Positions 1 to 14,439 of a DNA stretch of 64,000 bases are shown here, piece after piece. Position 1 is the first letter of the stretch, and each line of letters begins with the position of its first letter. Below the pieces are notes generated by a model. The model had not been told where the DNA came from and ran no database searches. It saw nothing but the letters and a program-made list of their open reading frames with translations. The translations under genes were made by a program, and so were the position numbers. The DNA is from Octopus vulgaris (Eukaryota), in NCBI GenBank assembly GCA_951406725.2, contig OX597829.1:31868001-31932000 (forward strand). The letters are read 5' to 3'.

Positions 1-451
1 GCAGGCAGAAAGCAAGAAAATTTTGAAAGATACAATGTTCTGATATCATATATATTTCTAAGTCCTTCATTTCATTTTCTGCTTAACACTAAGGTTGGTC
101 TCACATTAAGAATAGCAATGTAATTTCCACATATAAGTTTTATAATTATAGAACAAATGGAATTTGTTAGGTTTAATATCTTAGCATCTTTGAAAAAGTG
201 CTCATGATTTGACTCACTCCTAACTGGTTTCTATTGTAATTTTTCAAGGTTATCTATTATGCTTTTCTTGAGCAGGTTTAATTAAGATAGGATATAACAC
301 ACACAGACAAATAAAACACTGATATCAGCAGGGGATATTAAAGGGAAATTTTGGGTGTATTTTAGCATATAGTCTTTACTGAAAGCTGTAACTATAGTAC
401 ATATTTAAAAAAGGAAAAGCAAACAAAAAAACTGAAAATAGAAAAACATAC

Positions 452-604
452 TTTTGGAGGGTTAAATGGATATGTCTCAGGAATTTTAATTTCTAGTTGA
501 AATTTACCACCTTCATATGGTGTTTCTGGAGGCCCAGCTATTTCACCTTTTAATTCATCATATTTATCATTTACTAATTCCACTCTGATACGACATTTTT
601 CAAC
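452..604 (-). CDS. UBE2K: Ubiquitin-conjugating enzyme E2 K, coding exon 2 (VEKCRIRVELVNDKYDELKGEIAGPPETPYEGGKFQLEIKIPETYPFNPPK)
   Basis: 153 nt (51 codons) bounded by acceptor TTCTTTGCAG| (AG at 606-605) and donor AAA|GTATGT (451). It carries the UBC motifs GPPETPYEGG and PETYPFNPPK and joins exon 1 in frame. The catalytic-Cys exon lies outside the window to the left. Confidence 0.95.
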
Positions 605-789
605 CTGCAAAGAATAAAACAGATATGAGTAAATACAAATAATATACATTAAAAAACACTTTATACACACACACACACACACACACACACATGAAAGAAA
701 GTAGCACTCGGTAATGTTGTTGGAGTTGTTAGTATTTAATAACAAGTTAACTCAGCTACAAAGTTTCGTAGCTGCAGATATACATCTTC

Positions 790-1015
790 AGATAGAGAAT
801 CAGAGTCACCACCTTCTTTTGCTCAAGCTTTGTTCCCTAGAAATTGCTCCTATACTCACTAAACTCTTTAATCGTTTACTCTCTACTAGGATATATACTC
901 CCTAACATTCAGAAACACACAGTAGTATGTACCCACTCCAAAAAAAGGCAACACTTTGACCTAGTCAAGTATTATCCTATTGCTCTAACCTCCGACATCT
1001 CTAAGATAATAGATT
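790..1015 (+). mobile_element. CR1/L2-like LINE RT fragment
   Basis: Frameshifted peptides LLKLCSLEIAPILTKLFN and YYPIALTSDISK resemble the pre-RT and NYRPISLTS motifs. Confidence 0.6.
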
Positions 1016-1019
1016 CCTG

Positions 1020-1434
1020 GGATCTTTTCGGTTTGAATGGCAGTTTTTAAAAATAATTTCCACGTAACTAAACACTTTTAAACTTTGTATACAGGTAGAA
1101 TGTGTTTATAAAACATCTTTTTCTCTTGGCTTTATTGAGAAAATTCTATAGTTTGTAAGATATTTGTTGTTGTTTTTCTTCAATTTCTGCAATTTCAACC
1201 AATCAATGATGTCTATTGAGGTGAAAACATTCTGTGCCGTATGAATATGTCCCTCGTTTAAGAAACAGATTGGGTTTATTTACATTTCTAGAGAAAAAAA
1301 GATACCCTTCCCCCCACCCCTAACCCTAACTAAAACAGATTGAAATGCAATAGATCGATACTAGGGTCATAATTATGGGGGACAATTTCATATGACACCA
1401 CTGGAAAAAACTGCCGTTCAAACCGAAAAGATCC
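1020..1434. mobile_element. Non-autonomous DNA transposon (MITE), Merlin-like
   Basis: TIRs GGATCTTTTCGGTTTGAATGGCAGTTTTT / AAAAACTGCCGTTCAAACCGAAAAGATCC, an 8-bp TSD (GATTCCTG / AATTCCTG, 1 mismatch), and an internal CCCTAACCCTAAC. Confidence 0.8.
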
Positions 1435-4400
1435 AATTCCTGTATTTGTTTGTCATTCCACTGTGGCCTGGCTGAAGTGCCATCTTAAATGTTTTTCGTT
1501 GAACAAATCAACCCCATGACTTATTCTTTGTAAGCCTAGTACTTATTCTATTGGTCTCTAAACACACCAACATCAGTTGTCAATCAATAGTGATGGGAAC
1601 AAACAGACACACACATTAAATATACGCATATCGGGCATGGCTGTGTGGTTAGGGAGCTTGCTTCCTAGCTACATGGTTTCGGGTTCAGTCCCACTGCGTG
1701 GCACTTTGGGTAGGTGTCTTCCGCTATAGCCCCGAGCCGACCGAAGCTTTGTGATTGAATTCGGCAGGCGGAAGTTACTGCCGTGTGTGTATTTGTACAT
1801 GTAGGTGCTTTATTTATTAGCTGGCTGATGTACCTGGTGATTTCTAGGGATAAAGATGTTCTATTGAAACGCCTTATTACTCTGATATAAGAAAGCAATT
1901 TCATTATAACTGCCACAAGAGGTGTATTTTCTGTTACGAAAATACAAAAAACTGTTAGCTGGAGGAGCGAGAGATTGTTGGAAGTTGGCAAGAGAGGTTT
2001 TCAGAGGTTGGTGAGAAAGATTGTCGGAGGTTGGTGAGAGAAGTTATATAAATATATGAATGAAGTGTTTGAAGAAAGAGCAATACTCACTGATGGTTGC
2101 TCTCAGTAACTGCCTTTAGCTTACAGAGTTCTTGTTTTTATAACTATCAAAAAGCAATTAGAAGGATAGACATATTGTTGAGAACAAATGATTTTGTTGG
2201 AGGTCTATTATCTCCATTCCAGCCAGTGTTGGTCTAGAAGAGGTTAGAAGGGTCAAGCGGCAAAGACATTATTCTGCTTAGCGAAAGCATCTGGGAGATG
2301 TATAACTGCTGTCATTCACAGAAACACTATTGTTTTACTGTGAGAAAAGCACTGTTGAAGTGTTAAGTGAAATTTGGCAATCAAGGATCGAATCTACACT
2401 ATGCCTGCATGAAACCACTACAAATACATTGTGGAATAAAAAATTCATCTACTGTCATGGAAAAAGTGTAACTCTAAAAATGGACAATTATCGGAGTAAT
2501 GGGCATTCAAAAAATATTTATGTATAGAAATGTTTAAGATTCAAATTAAGGAAATGCAATAATGTTTAGCAGCTCAAAACTGAATAGTGAAATGCAGAAT
2601 TAGGTCAGCTGATCATGAGAATCAGTTATTGATCGCTTTGCTAAAAAACTGCAGGTGGTATGGGTTATTTCCCTTGGGTTGTTCAACTAAAATATTAGTA
2701 AATTAGGATTTTTTTCAACAATTTAAGTATGTCACGAGATTTCCAGACACGAGTTCTACTCGCGTGTCAAATAAAATGATACTGTCTGCAAAAATTAGAA
2801 ATTGGACATACAAAAAAATCAATATTCAAAGTAATCAAACATAAACAATGAAATGGATTATTTCCCTTGAGTGTTTTTAAAAAAATATTGTGTAGATGCT
2901 ATGGGTTATTTCCCTTAGGTGTTTAAAAAAAATTAGTTATATGAGGTAGATATAAAGGTCCCTTCTAGGGGCCGTATTATCGATTCTTTCAACAATCTAA
3001 TATGTCATGAGGTTTCCAGACATGAGTTCTACCCAAGTGTCACGTTTCATCAAAATCAATAAAACAAGTAGGAGTTAGTAACAACGCCACAAACACACAC
3101 CGATTTTCCACACACACCTTTTTGGCAATGTCCTGCCACTTATTATGAGCTCTGTACCTCAAAGGTATGCCCAGGCACTTGCCACCAGCTATCTCTTCTT
3201 TTACTCAACCATCCCATTTATATTCTGATCCCCCATCTCTTGTGAGTATGCCCAGCACTTAGCCACCACCTCCTTCCTGCTCCCTCTTGCCCTTTTGATG
3301 TCTCCCACTCTCTCTCTTCTCTTAGGCTGGGTAACCATGTATCTCCTACAGCAGCACACCTGCTTCTGCCCTCATTCCTAATCTTTCTCTTTCTGGTTGG
3401 GTAACCATGTACCTCTACTACAGCAAGTCACCTGTTTCTGTCTGTCACACTAACCTCTCATTACCTGGAACAAGGCCACTTCTTTCGATGCCCCACCCCC
3501 TTTCAAAGGATCTTTGTCTTGCAAGTTACTTGATGACCCTGCCAGTGCTGATGCCATGTAAAAAGCATCCAGTCTACACTGTAATGTAGTTGGCATTTGA
3601 AATGGCATCCAGTTGTAAAAACCTTGCTAAAACTGACTTCACCTGCACTTGTACCATGTAAAAAGCACTTGGTCCACTCTGCTAGGTGGTTGGTGTTAGG
3701 AAGGGCATCCAGCCATGAAACACTGCCAAAATAGACACAGAAGTCTGGTGCAGACTCTTGTTAAACTGTCGAAACCATGTCAACTTGGAGGGCAGATGTT
3801 AAATGGTGATGATGACAATATATATATACACACACACACACACACATAACAAGCTTGTTTCAGTTTCCACCTACCAAATCCACTCACAAGGCTTTGATTG
3901 GCCCAAGATTATAGTAGAAGAACTTGCCCAAGGTACCACGCAGTGGGACTGAACCTGGAACCATATGGTTGAGAAGCAAGCTTCTTAATAGTCACACCTG
4001 AACCTATTATATATAATTTTCAGTAATCTTTGCTGTTATTATGCACACAAACATCCTGGTCTACATCCAAAGAAGAGCTACTCAACTAAATGGTATTCAG
4101 ACACTAACATACACTCCAGCATCTGGTCCACAAGCATTACTGTAATAGCCTCTCTTTCTTGGAGCAGGCAGGTCTTATATCTCCATCATTCTAGCATTCC
4201 CCATCCAGTCATATTTCCAGGTGCTATTTTTGATGTGCCCAAACCATATGTCCAGTCCTTTCTTCCCAAAACATTAGTATTGAGCTCACCAGTCTTGGAG
4301 ACCTTCAAAGGTTATGCACAATACTCCATCTTCAATGCTCAACAAAAGTGTGTGTGTGTTTACACACACACAGAAGGAGGTTTCATCAACTGATGTTATG

Positions 4401-4556
4401 TAATAGGTATGTACTGACTTTTCTATCTCTGATGACAAAATATCTAGTTTATGGAACCCTTACTCAACATCATGATCCATATGCTTGGCTATATCTAAAT
4501 TAAATGTTTGTAACCCCAAATATTTTGTTACTTCATTTTACTCTATATATATATGA

Positions 4557-5925
4557 GAATGGGTCGCCAACTATGTGAACCCATTTGTTGGCTACATTGA
4601 GGCCCAAATATTCTCAAGTTTCACTGGTCCCACTCCTGAACTATACAGCCGTTATATTGACGACTGTATCGGTGAGTGTAGTGAAAAGCACCTACTACAC
4701 TCATGGAGTGGTTGGCGTTAGGAAGGACATCCAGCTGTAAACACACTGCCAGATCAGACTGGAGCAGTCTTCTGGCTTCCCAGATCCCGGTCGAACCGTC
4801 CAACCCATGCTAGCATGGAAAACGGACATTAAACGATGATGATGATGATCGGTCTAACCTCATTCTCTCACGAACATCTAGACTCTTTCCTTTCTTTTGT
4901 CAAATCTTTCCGACACCTCAGTTGCCTTTCTTGACACTTCGGTCAGCATTCATCATTCCACTCTCACCACCTCCATCCACTACAAACACACAGACTCACA
5001 CTCATACCTCAACTTCTCCTCCTCCCACCCTAAACACACCAAGCTCTCCATCACCTATTCCCAATTCTTCCATCTACGCAGGCTCTACAGTGACAACCAT
5101 GATTTTGAGACTCAGTCTCAATTAATGGCTCACTACTATCCACACTGCCCTTGCCAGAGCACATTCCGTGGACTGTGAGTCTGCTCTCTCCCCCTGCACC
5201 CGCCCCGCCGTACCCATCTCCTTTTCCCCTTATCTTCCACCCCACCTCTCTAATGCACCATTCTTTGAGCCTTCCGGCAACTCCAGTCTGACCCCTCCAC
5301 TTTGCACATCTTCCCTAACCGACCCCTCCCCTCCTTCAAACAAGCCCACAACCTACGAGATCTCTTGGTCCACAGCTTCTTCCCTAACCCAACCTGGCTC
5401 ATTCCCCTGCTCCCGCCCATGCTGCCGTACTTGCCCTTACCTCTCGAACTCCACAGGCACCCATCATTGACCCTATCATATCACTGACTCCTTCACCTGC
5501 ACTTCTAACAATGTCATCTACCACATCTCCTGCTCTCTCTGCCGTTCTCTATACATCGGTCAAATGGGACACTGCTTGGCTGACCGGTTCTCAGAACACC
5601 TTCAAGACATCTGATTCAGCAACAACACCCCGGTCTCGTGCCATTTCTGCTCTACCAGTCACTCTTTACAACACCTGTGTACAGATTGTCCTTGCACAGG
5701 GGCCATCCAGACTCCCGTCATTGCTGTGAGCAGGGATTAATCTTCTTTTCGCTCCTTTGCACCACATGGGCTCAATTCTCCCTCTTCCTCCCACCCACCT
5801 TTCCTCTCTTCACTCCTACCCACCTTCTCCCTTCCACTCTCTCCTTTCATCGTCACCCCTCCTTCATTACCCCACCCTACACATTCCAACCCCAGCATCC
5901 CTATATTGTCCCATCCCATAGCATA
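4557..5925 (+). mobile_element. Penelope-like retroelement fragment (RT C-terminus plus GIY-YIG endonuclease), decayed
   Basis: RYIDDCIG (~4648-4673), FLDTSV..YKHTDSHSYLNFSSSHP, PCSRPCCRTCPY, and CTSNNVIYHISC..LYIGQ. It ends in (TA)n. Confidence 0.85.
4674..4847 (+). mobile_element. SINE/LINE 3'-tail insertion with (GAT)n end, nested in the Penelope RT
   Basis: Flanked by the direct repeat ATCGGT (4668-4673, 4848-4853). The same tail recurs at ~3580-3815, ~23750-23940 (-), ~27580-27740 and ~50225-50480 (-). Confidence 0.8.
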
Positions 5926-8900
5926 TATATATATATATATATATATATAACTTGTTTCAGTGGCAGGTAAGACTTAGCAAAAGGAGAGGCATCCAGCTAT
6001 AAAACAATGCACAATGCCTCATATCATTTCTGTACAAGTTGGGACTTCCAACCAAGTAACCCTAAAATTAAACAGGTTGGCACTGCCTAAGCTAAACAGG
6101 ACAAAAAAAAATTGCACAGACCAAAATAGGGTCACCAGCAAAGTGTAACACATCAATATACAACAGTCTTCTGTTAGTTATCTGACTAAAAGTAACTAGG
6201 TAGGAGAGAGTAAGACAAATACCCAATTTTAGTGGGCTGATATGGATTGTTGCCTACGCTCATGAGAATCAGAACAAAGCAAGAGTATCACAACCACAGT
6301 AAGCATGACAATTCCTGAGGCAGCAATGCATAACAGACACCTTGGAGCCTTATACTAGGTAACAGCTTATGAAGGGAAATAGAACATCATTTATGCTAAA
6401 TTAGTTAAAATTAAGTGTGTTAGTGGCAGCCTTTACCACAAAGCACAAAAATGCATATGCAGATTACTAACAAGAATTAGTTTTAAGTAAACCAACAGCA
6501 ATTAGGCAGTAATACATACATACTCACACAATATAGGCTACTGTCAATGTTGTGTTTGAGTAAAAGTGACTGGTTTTAGTCGGCTACTGCAGATCTTTAC
6601 TTTGCTTCAAGATAGTCTAGATACATCTAGAGTGTGACGCTTACCGTACATTTCAGAAGTTAAATGTGTGTGTGTGTGTGTGTGTTTCTATGTGTATATA
6701 CTCTTATTTATTTCAGACATTATACTGTGGCCATGCTGGAGCACAGCCTTGAAGAATCTTTAGTCAAACCAACCCAAGTACTTGGTACCTATTCTATCAG
6801 TCACTTTTGCTGAACTGCTAAGTTACAGGGACGTATATATGTACATACATGTATGTTTGTGTGATTAAGAAGTTTCTTTGCCAAACACATGGTTTCAATT
6901 TCAGCTCTACCATATGGTACCTTGGGCAATTGTCATCACCTATAACCCCAGGCTGACCAAAGCCTTTTTTACATCTAAGTGCTATCCTCTATTTGCATTC
7001 CTGACCAACACAAAAAAACTCCAACTTTAAACAACTTGAGGGTGCTGAGTATCTTTCACCTTCCAACTCAATCAAATTATCATTGTCCCTATTACTTGCT
7101 GGGTCATCTGACCACTACTTTACAGTGACTACACACCACAGCAACAAGCCCATCTCCCAGGCACTATGCTTCAAGTTAGCACACTTGTTGAAGCCTTGCT
7201 AGTTCTATGCCAACTATCACTGACAGTACATGTTCTTTACTCCTCACTAACCAGAACTGTTAGGCAAGTAACTGAAACCAGCTACTTAGACATGTATCTC
7301 TACATTTACACACAACAGCATAACTCAGTCATTATCTCACAAGAACATCAATCATAGCCAACTTGCAGCAGTCCAAGCAGAAAAAAAAAAAAAATGACCC
7401 ACAGTGCTTCGAGAAAAATCTTGTAATCCTGCAAATTTGAATGATTTTACTCAGTACTGAAAAAACCATCAACCAAACAACAAAAGAGGCCTCTGTGCAT
7501 CACATGATCAGTAAGTTGATGTGCTTCCTAAATAGCAGTTAATCCAAAAGTGATAAGCTAAATTCATCCCAGGTATTTACATCATGTTAAATACAGTGCC
7601 AAGTAATTTCATTACAAAATAATTTTACTGTGAACCAGTACACCATCTAAATTCACCATCATGTTAATCATACCATTGGCAAATATATCATGCTAGTTGT
7701 GTGCAGAGTTCAGAAAAAGAAAATTCAAAGACAAACTCCATCCTGTGATCAGTATATATTGCATGAACTTTTAACGTTGCAAAATAAATAAATAAATAAA
7801 AATTTTAAAATAAAACAATCTAAAGACGAATATCAAAATCACAAGATACTAGATTATTTAAGAGGCATCACTTGTAATTTGTTCCAATGAAATATATCTT
7901 TCAGCGATTTAAAATAGCATTATAGTTTTACAGCATCATTTTGTGATTGTGTTTTTAAAAATTAATTCTTGTTTTCCATGTGTGCATGTTTACTTCTCAT
8001 TATTTTGTGGAAGCTTTTTACAATTTCCCCCTATTTTATAGATCCCATATACATATTTTAGAGACATCCTCTTCCACCCTAATCTTAAGATATTAAATGA
8101 AGTAAGAACTGTTCTGGATAGAAATTTTATTCATATAGGCGTAGACATGGCTGTATGGCAAAGAAGTTCGCTTCTCAAACCAAGTGGTTTGGGTTTCAAT
8201 CCCATTGTGTGTCTCCTGTTGAGTAAAGAATTGTCAGCAAATATGGTAGGCGAAAACTAAAAGAAGTTCAACGTGTGTGTGCCTCATTGACCTGACTTTG
8301 TGAAATAGTTGTGAACGAGTATCATCGTCATACAGGTGGTGTAATTCGTTTCCAACCTTCCATGTAGTCGTGACTTGCATTGGAGAAATAGCATCTTACT
8401 TAGAAAATCTGTCTCAACGAATTTCGTCTGACTCATGCAAGCGTGAAAAAGTGGACTCTACATCAATGATCTTATGAGACATGTTATGTTTAAAATGGCG
8501 AATAGTACTTGTTTTATAAAGCTTTATTTAATTTTATAAAGACATCTAATCTCGAGGAATTCCAGCCCTGACACTCTTTCGATATGAATGTTACTGAAAC
8601 CGGAAATCCAAAGTTAGAAATTGTAAATTGTTATGAATAGCAATCAGACGTACTGTTCCTAACTTATTTACAAGAATTTTCCAGGAACAGAAGCTATGGA
8701 TAACAAGACATTCATGTTATTTTTGACTCTACAAATCAAATACTTTTGCTTTCATATTTTAGCCCCCACCCCCACCCCACCCAAATAAAATGATTTTGTT
8801 TTAATATTTCATTAATTAATTATTCGGACACTTATTTTCATTTCAAAATCGATTATTCAGACTTTGAAACACAGAAAACTCGGGGTAACGTTCGTTCACT

Positions 8901-9809
8901 TTCTTCGATTTACGGAGATTTACGACTTTACTACTTTCACTTCCGGTTTTAATGTGTACTCATAAATCGAATTTTCTCAGAATTTTTCCACGAAAAGCAC
9001 TGAGAAACCCTGTCCGAAATGAATTTCATGTATGTGTGTGTGTGTATGTGTGTGAGTGTGTGTATGTAATCTAGTTGAATCCGTTCGTTTTCAAAATCGC
9101 GCCCCGACATCCGTACAAAACGGAAACGACATAACGTTAAACAAATTTCACCTAAGGGAAATAAATTAACACGTTACAAAAAAAAAAAAAAAAGTATCAA
9201 GTCCGTTCTATGTAAAAGCCGGCATTGTCACAAAATGCAAAGCCGGTGTTATATCAAAAAGTGTAACTTAGCAATTCAACAAATGCTGGTCGAAGAATTA
9301 AGTTTTGGGGTCGCTGTCATAGGCTAAAACTTGCAAGGTGGAACAGCAATATGTCCGCATTCCATGACTAGAACCAATAAAAGAATTGAATGTACATTAC
9401 ACCTTATGTATACATATGCTTACACACACTTCCTATTGAAGAATGTTGACCATTATTACATAATATGCCGAAATAATATATTGCAATACACACATGTGAG
9501 TGTGTGTAGCTTCTATACTATATAGCTTGATCTGTTAGAAACAGTAACCCAATCTCCCTCGAATAATACTATACCGTGTGAAATACACGAGATATTGCAT
9601 AATATCACTTGCTATGCGAATACATCTCCGTAATAATGAAATCTGATATTAAAAATCGCTGGTCTGTCAAAGCCGGAACGTCTTGCATAATAGATCTACT
9701 GACTAAAAACACACACACACACACACACACACACAGATAGATAGATATATAGAGATAGTTATATAGATATACAAACAGATAGATAGATATAAATATATAG
9801 AGACAGAGA

Positions 9810-9856
<47 letters not shown>

Positions 9857-12499
9857 CATACACACATACCACAAACCATATTTGTAGTAATACAATGCGA
9901 CTGCCACATTTGTTCCTAAAAATCACCAACATATTTCAACCTCTATTTTTTAAGCACATGTAGAATGCTACAGCCCACCCCTAATTATGCAATAAATATT
10001 TTACAATATATGCGAATAACTACTGTATTATATATATATATATATATACACACATACATACACACACACCCCGCCCCAATACGCAAATATATATTACACA
10101 AACAGTGTATAGAAGGGGTTATAAAACATATATATATATATATATATATAAATATACACACACACACGCACGCACGCACACAGACAGAGTAGTTCTCAGG
10201 GGAACATGAATATCTTTTAAGATTTTGGTGGCAATGTCAAAATAACCAGTTTTGCTTTTTACTAGTTTCTAGTTAATATTTTATTTACTATACAAATCTA
10301 TATATATAAACACACACACACACATTAATTTATCATTGTCACTAAGTATAAAATATAATCACGAGATTTGCAACAGTCAGCTTAAGGATGTAGTAAAGTG
10401 TCCGAATAAAATAAAACATTTCTTTACATAGAAGTGTAAAAAATAAAACGATCAACAAATGCATTAGTTAATCGAAAATAAATCTGAAATAAACATCAGT
10501 AAAACAAAAGAACCCTCATAATTCAAGTGGGTGATGTTTTAACAGATTTGGATTTAAAAGCGGGAAAAAAACCCTCTTAAATTGTATTTTTTAATGTCGG
10601 ATCATGTACTGACGTAAGATGCTTTCTGTTGTATTTCTAACCGTAAAAAGGGAATCGATTAAGGACAGGGACAATAGGGGAAGTGACGGAGAAGAACTCA
10701 TGGTCATTAAAAATAGACAATTACCAAGAGTGAGAAAAAGCCCCACCAAAATATGGACACACCCCAAAGTAGTTGACAAAAGGCAAATAAAAACCGCAAA
10801 TTAATCTCAATTTAAAAAAAGGTGGGGGAGGGAGGCCTTACATACAGACGTATAAAACGTGTAATTTCTTTTTTTTTTTCTTTCTTTTTTTTGCAAGAAA
10901 AGACATGATGGGAGGAGGAAAAAAATGAAAAGACGGTTATAAGATGTCACAAGTGTCTGAACAACGAATCAATGAGTCAGGAATTACGCTAACTTCATAT
11001 CAGTTATGTCACTGCAGTTTTCAGCTGTTGCATGAATATAGTTCTATAATTAATGAAGGTGTCCGAAAATAGCGTGCGTGTGTATGTGTGGTATCGTATT
11101 GCGGTTATACTGAAAGAAACATTCATAGCGAGAAAATTTGTAACATCCGTTAGAAGAAGCCTAGTAAAATAAGAGCATGACTACCATTATTTAGTTCTGA
11201 AATATAAATTCAACTAAGTGAATTGAGTTTGTAACCTAACAATTGTTTTAAACAAACGCGAGTCCAGAAACGAAATATCAAAATACTAAGAAATTAATTC
11301 CCTATCGTAATGAGACAAAAAACGGAGATATTATTTAAAAAGTAAAGCATTTTATAGTCAAATATTCACATAAGGCCTTCTGAACCATACAAATTGTATA
11401 ATTTAAAAATACATTTACCACACAATCAAAACAATTCATTTTTTTAATTCGAAGACTAATTAGCTGGGGTGGGGTGGTCTAAAAGATTCGACGAAATAAA
11501 TTTTCAAAATATCGTAACGATAAGAAAATGATATAAATTTCATTTCGACAACTTCTAAAAGTCTAGATTAACGATGAAAACCGATGATTGTTGAAATCGA
11601 GTACTTCAAGACTATATTTACATGCTTCCTAACATATTGCTCTTTCTCTCATACATATATAAATATACATAATGTATGTATTCATTTATATCTATAAATC
11701 TACACATACACCTGGTCCATCGGAGGTGCGGTTAAATTGATCATTTGTATAATCGACCAGGCAATACAGGGAGTGTATCACACCAAATGACGTGTAGCAA
11801 TATAATAACTAGCTGATATCTCTGCAATTGCTTCTTTCTTTGATGGATCAAATTATGAAGTACAACTGATTAAGGAGAGATCCACTCAGGTGAGATGTGG
11901 TTCAGATTTGTCCCAAGTCAGAGTACCACTGATGATTGTGTTCACAGAGAGACAATTAATTGCAAGAATAATTCCTGGACATTAGTAAGTCTCTCTACCG
12001 AGTATTTGTTGATCAAGAGAAGGGCTTTGACAGAATACAATGATCTGTTAGTCACTAAGAAATCTAGTTTAAAATGAAGCATGTAACAGATGCAATCAGC
12101 AGGGTGAGAGTTAATAAGGAATTCACTGAGGAATTTAGCATGTAGCAGGCTCAGTTCTTAGCTCCCTTCTACTTTATATAGGCCTGTAGGCATTAACAGA
12201 AGTGCCCATAAGAGCTTCTATACACTTATGGGTTGATGCTTATAGCAGAGACTGAAAAATTTAGAGAAAAAATTCCAGACATGGAAGCAAAATTTAGAGA
12301 AGACTAAGGTTTTAGTAAAAAAGAAGACAAGATTGATATGATCAGGGAAATAACCATGTTCAATATGTGGAAAAGGAGTTGGTAGAAATTAAACTCAGTG
12401 TATATTATGTGATACATGGGTGCTAAAGGAACGTAGTGGAACCGAAGGTAAGCTGTCAGTGGCTTAGAGATTTTTCCTGTGGTAGGTGTACAAGGAACC

Positions 12500-13150
12500 A
12501 TAAAAGCTGTAAATGTCTTGCAATGCTCAGAGGACTCTATAGAATAGCTTGTTATCTAGGTAACCTGATCAACAGTGAGGAAAGGTGTTCTAAGAGTAGT
12601 GACCAGAATTAGAATAGGTGAAAAAAGTTTAATAGAGTTACAACCATTGCTAATAAGATGGTTATTCTCTCTCAGAGTATATGGTAGATTGCCCAATATA
12701 TGTGTGATAAAATAGAGTGATACAAGAACGGTACTCTACTGTATGATATTGGAATGGTAGTGTGGAGTGACAAGTGTATGCCTTGCTACTTAGGTGAAAT
12801 AGGAGAATTACAGTTTGGTGTGACAAGTGGATGGGACACACTAATACAAACAGAACACAAATTTTAATATTTGTTCAAATACTAAACCACCGAAGATATA
12901 GACAATGCATAGGAAACATGGGTACTGAATACAAAGTATGTGTAAAGGTTGGAAAGAAAAAAGGACAGCATAATACATTGGATGTGTAATGCTACTGTGC
13001 ATAAATAACAAGCCATAGATGAATTAAAAGACAAACTCAGTGTAAGAAGAATCAATTGTACTGTATAAAAACAATGGCTGCACTGGTATGAACATGTAAC
13101 GAAAATGGTAAATGACAGGCTGATAAAGACCACATCCTCCACTGATGAAA
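12500..13150 (+). mobile_element. Highly decayed RTE-type LINE fragment
   Basis: Recognisable similarity to the better-preserved copy at 55800-56285 (e.g. TCTCTCAGAGTATATGGTAGATTG). Confidence 0.5.
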
Positions 13151-14420
13151 AGACTTGCTTATATTATCAACTATACTCTTCATGTTGCAAGGTGGATGGT
13201 TGGAGCTCTTATTAAAAAAGAAGTCTTAAAATGTTGACATTACTGTGATTCATATCAACAGTGATTTTTAAATCCTTACACTGGCAGAATGCAAAACCCT
13301 TCTTGAGTCTGGTTCATGCCTGCTTATATTATGGGTAGAAATAAGCGTGTTCTTGAATGTACTCACACACAGGTTTGGGAATTTTTATGCAGAAAATATG
13401 CATCTATAAACATGCATAATTCAGCACTGTCCATAAACACTTAAAACATTGAATAATTCCTCCCTATTTTTCTTGGCCCAGGTCTGAGTCATTGAAAAAT
13501 AATGATTTCTTGACATGCAGGATTATAATCAATGTCCAAATCACTAACAGCTATGTAAGCATAAAAAAATAGTCTTGGGTAAAAATCTATTATATCAACC
13601 TATGCTTAGGTGAACCTAGGAGAATTACAGTTTGGTGTGACAAGTGGATGGGACACACTAATACAAACAGAACACAAATTTTAATATTTGTTCAAATACT
13701 AAACCACCGAAGATATAGACAATGCATAGGAAACATGGGTACTGAATACAAAGTATGTGTAAAGGTTGGAAAGAAAAAAAACAGCATAATACATTGGATG
13801 TGTAATGCTACTGTGCATAAATAACAAGCCATAGATGAATTAAAAGACAAACTCAGTGTAAGAAGAATCAATTGTACTGTATAAAAACAATGGCTGCACT
13901 GGTATGAACATGTAACGAAAATGGTAAATGACAGGCTGATAAAGACCACATCCTCCACTGATGAAAAGACTTGCTTATATTATCAACTATACTCTTCATG
14001 TTGCAAGGTGGATGGTTGGAGCTCTTATTAAAAAAGAAGTCTTAAAATGTTGACATTACTGTGATTCATATCAACAGTGATTTTTAAATCCTTACACTGG
14101 CAGAATGCAAAACCCTTCTTGAGTCTGGTTCATGCCTGCTTATATTATGGGTAGAAATAAGCGTGTTCTTGAATGTACTCACACACAGGTTTGGGAATTT
14201 TTATGCAGAAAATATGCATCTATAAACATGCATAATTCAGCACTGTCCATAAACACTTAAAACATTGAATAATTCCTCCCTATTTTTCTTGGCCCAGGTC
14301 TGAGTCATTGAAAAATAATGATTTCTTGACATGCAGGATTATAATCAATGTCCAAATCACTAACAGCTATGTAAGCATAAAAAAATAGTCTTGGGTAAAA
14401 ATCTATTATATCAACCTATG
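12789..14420. repeat. Near-perfect tandem duplication, 2 x 816 bp
   Basis: 12789-13604 and 13605-14420 are identical by eye apart from small differences near the unit start and in one A-run. Duplicate ORFs appear in the track (12882-13142, 13692-13958). Confidence 0.95.
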
Positions 14421-14439
14421 TAAACCTACAGCACCAGTT

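Noticed and set aside
392-745. The 117-aa ORF as a complete protein
   Set aside because: Only 452-604 is exon. The flanks are intronic read-through, including a (TG)n tract. The same applies to 31051-31200 in the exon 1 ORF.
1317-1332. Telomeric CCCTAA repeats
   Set aside because: Only about two units, internal to a TIR-bounded MITE.
11925-13155. Isolated CTGATGA heptamers (~11929, ~13142; also ~4428, ~19164, ~23554)
   Set aside because: No downstream GAAA with paired stems. Such matches are expected by chance in AT-rich DNA.
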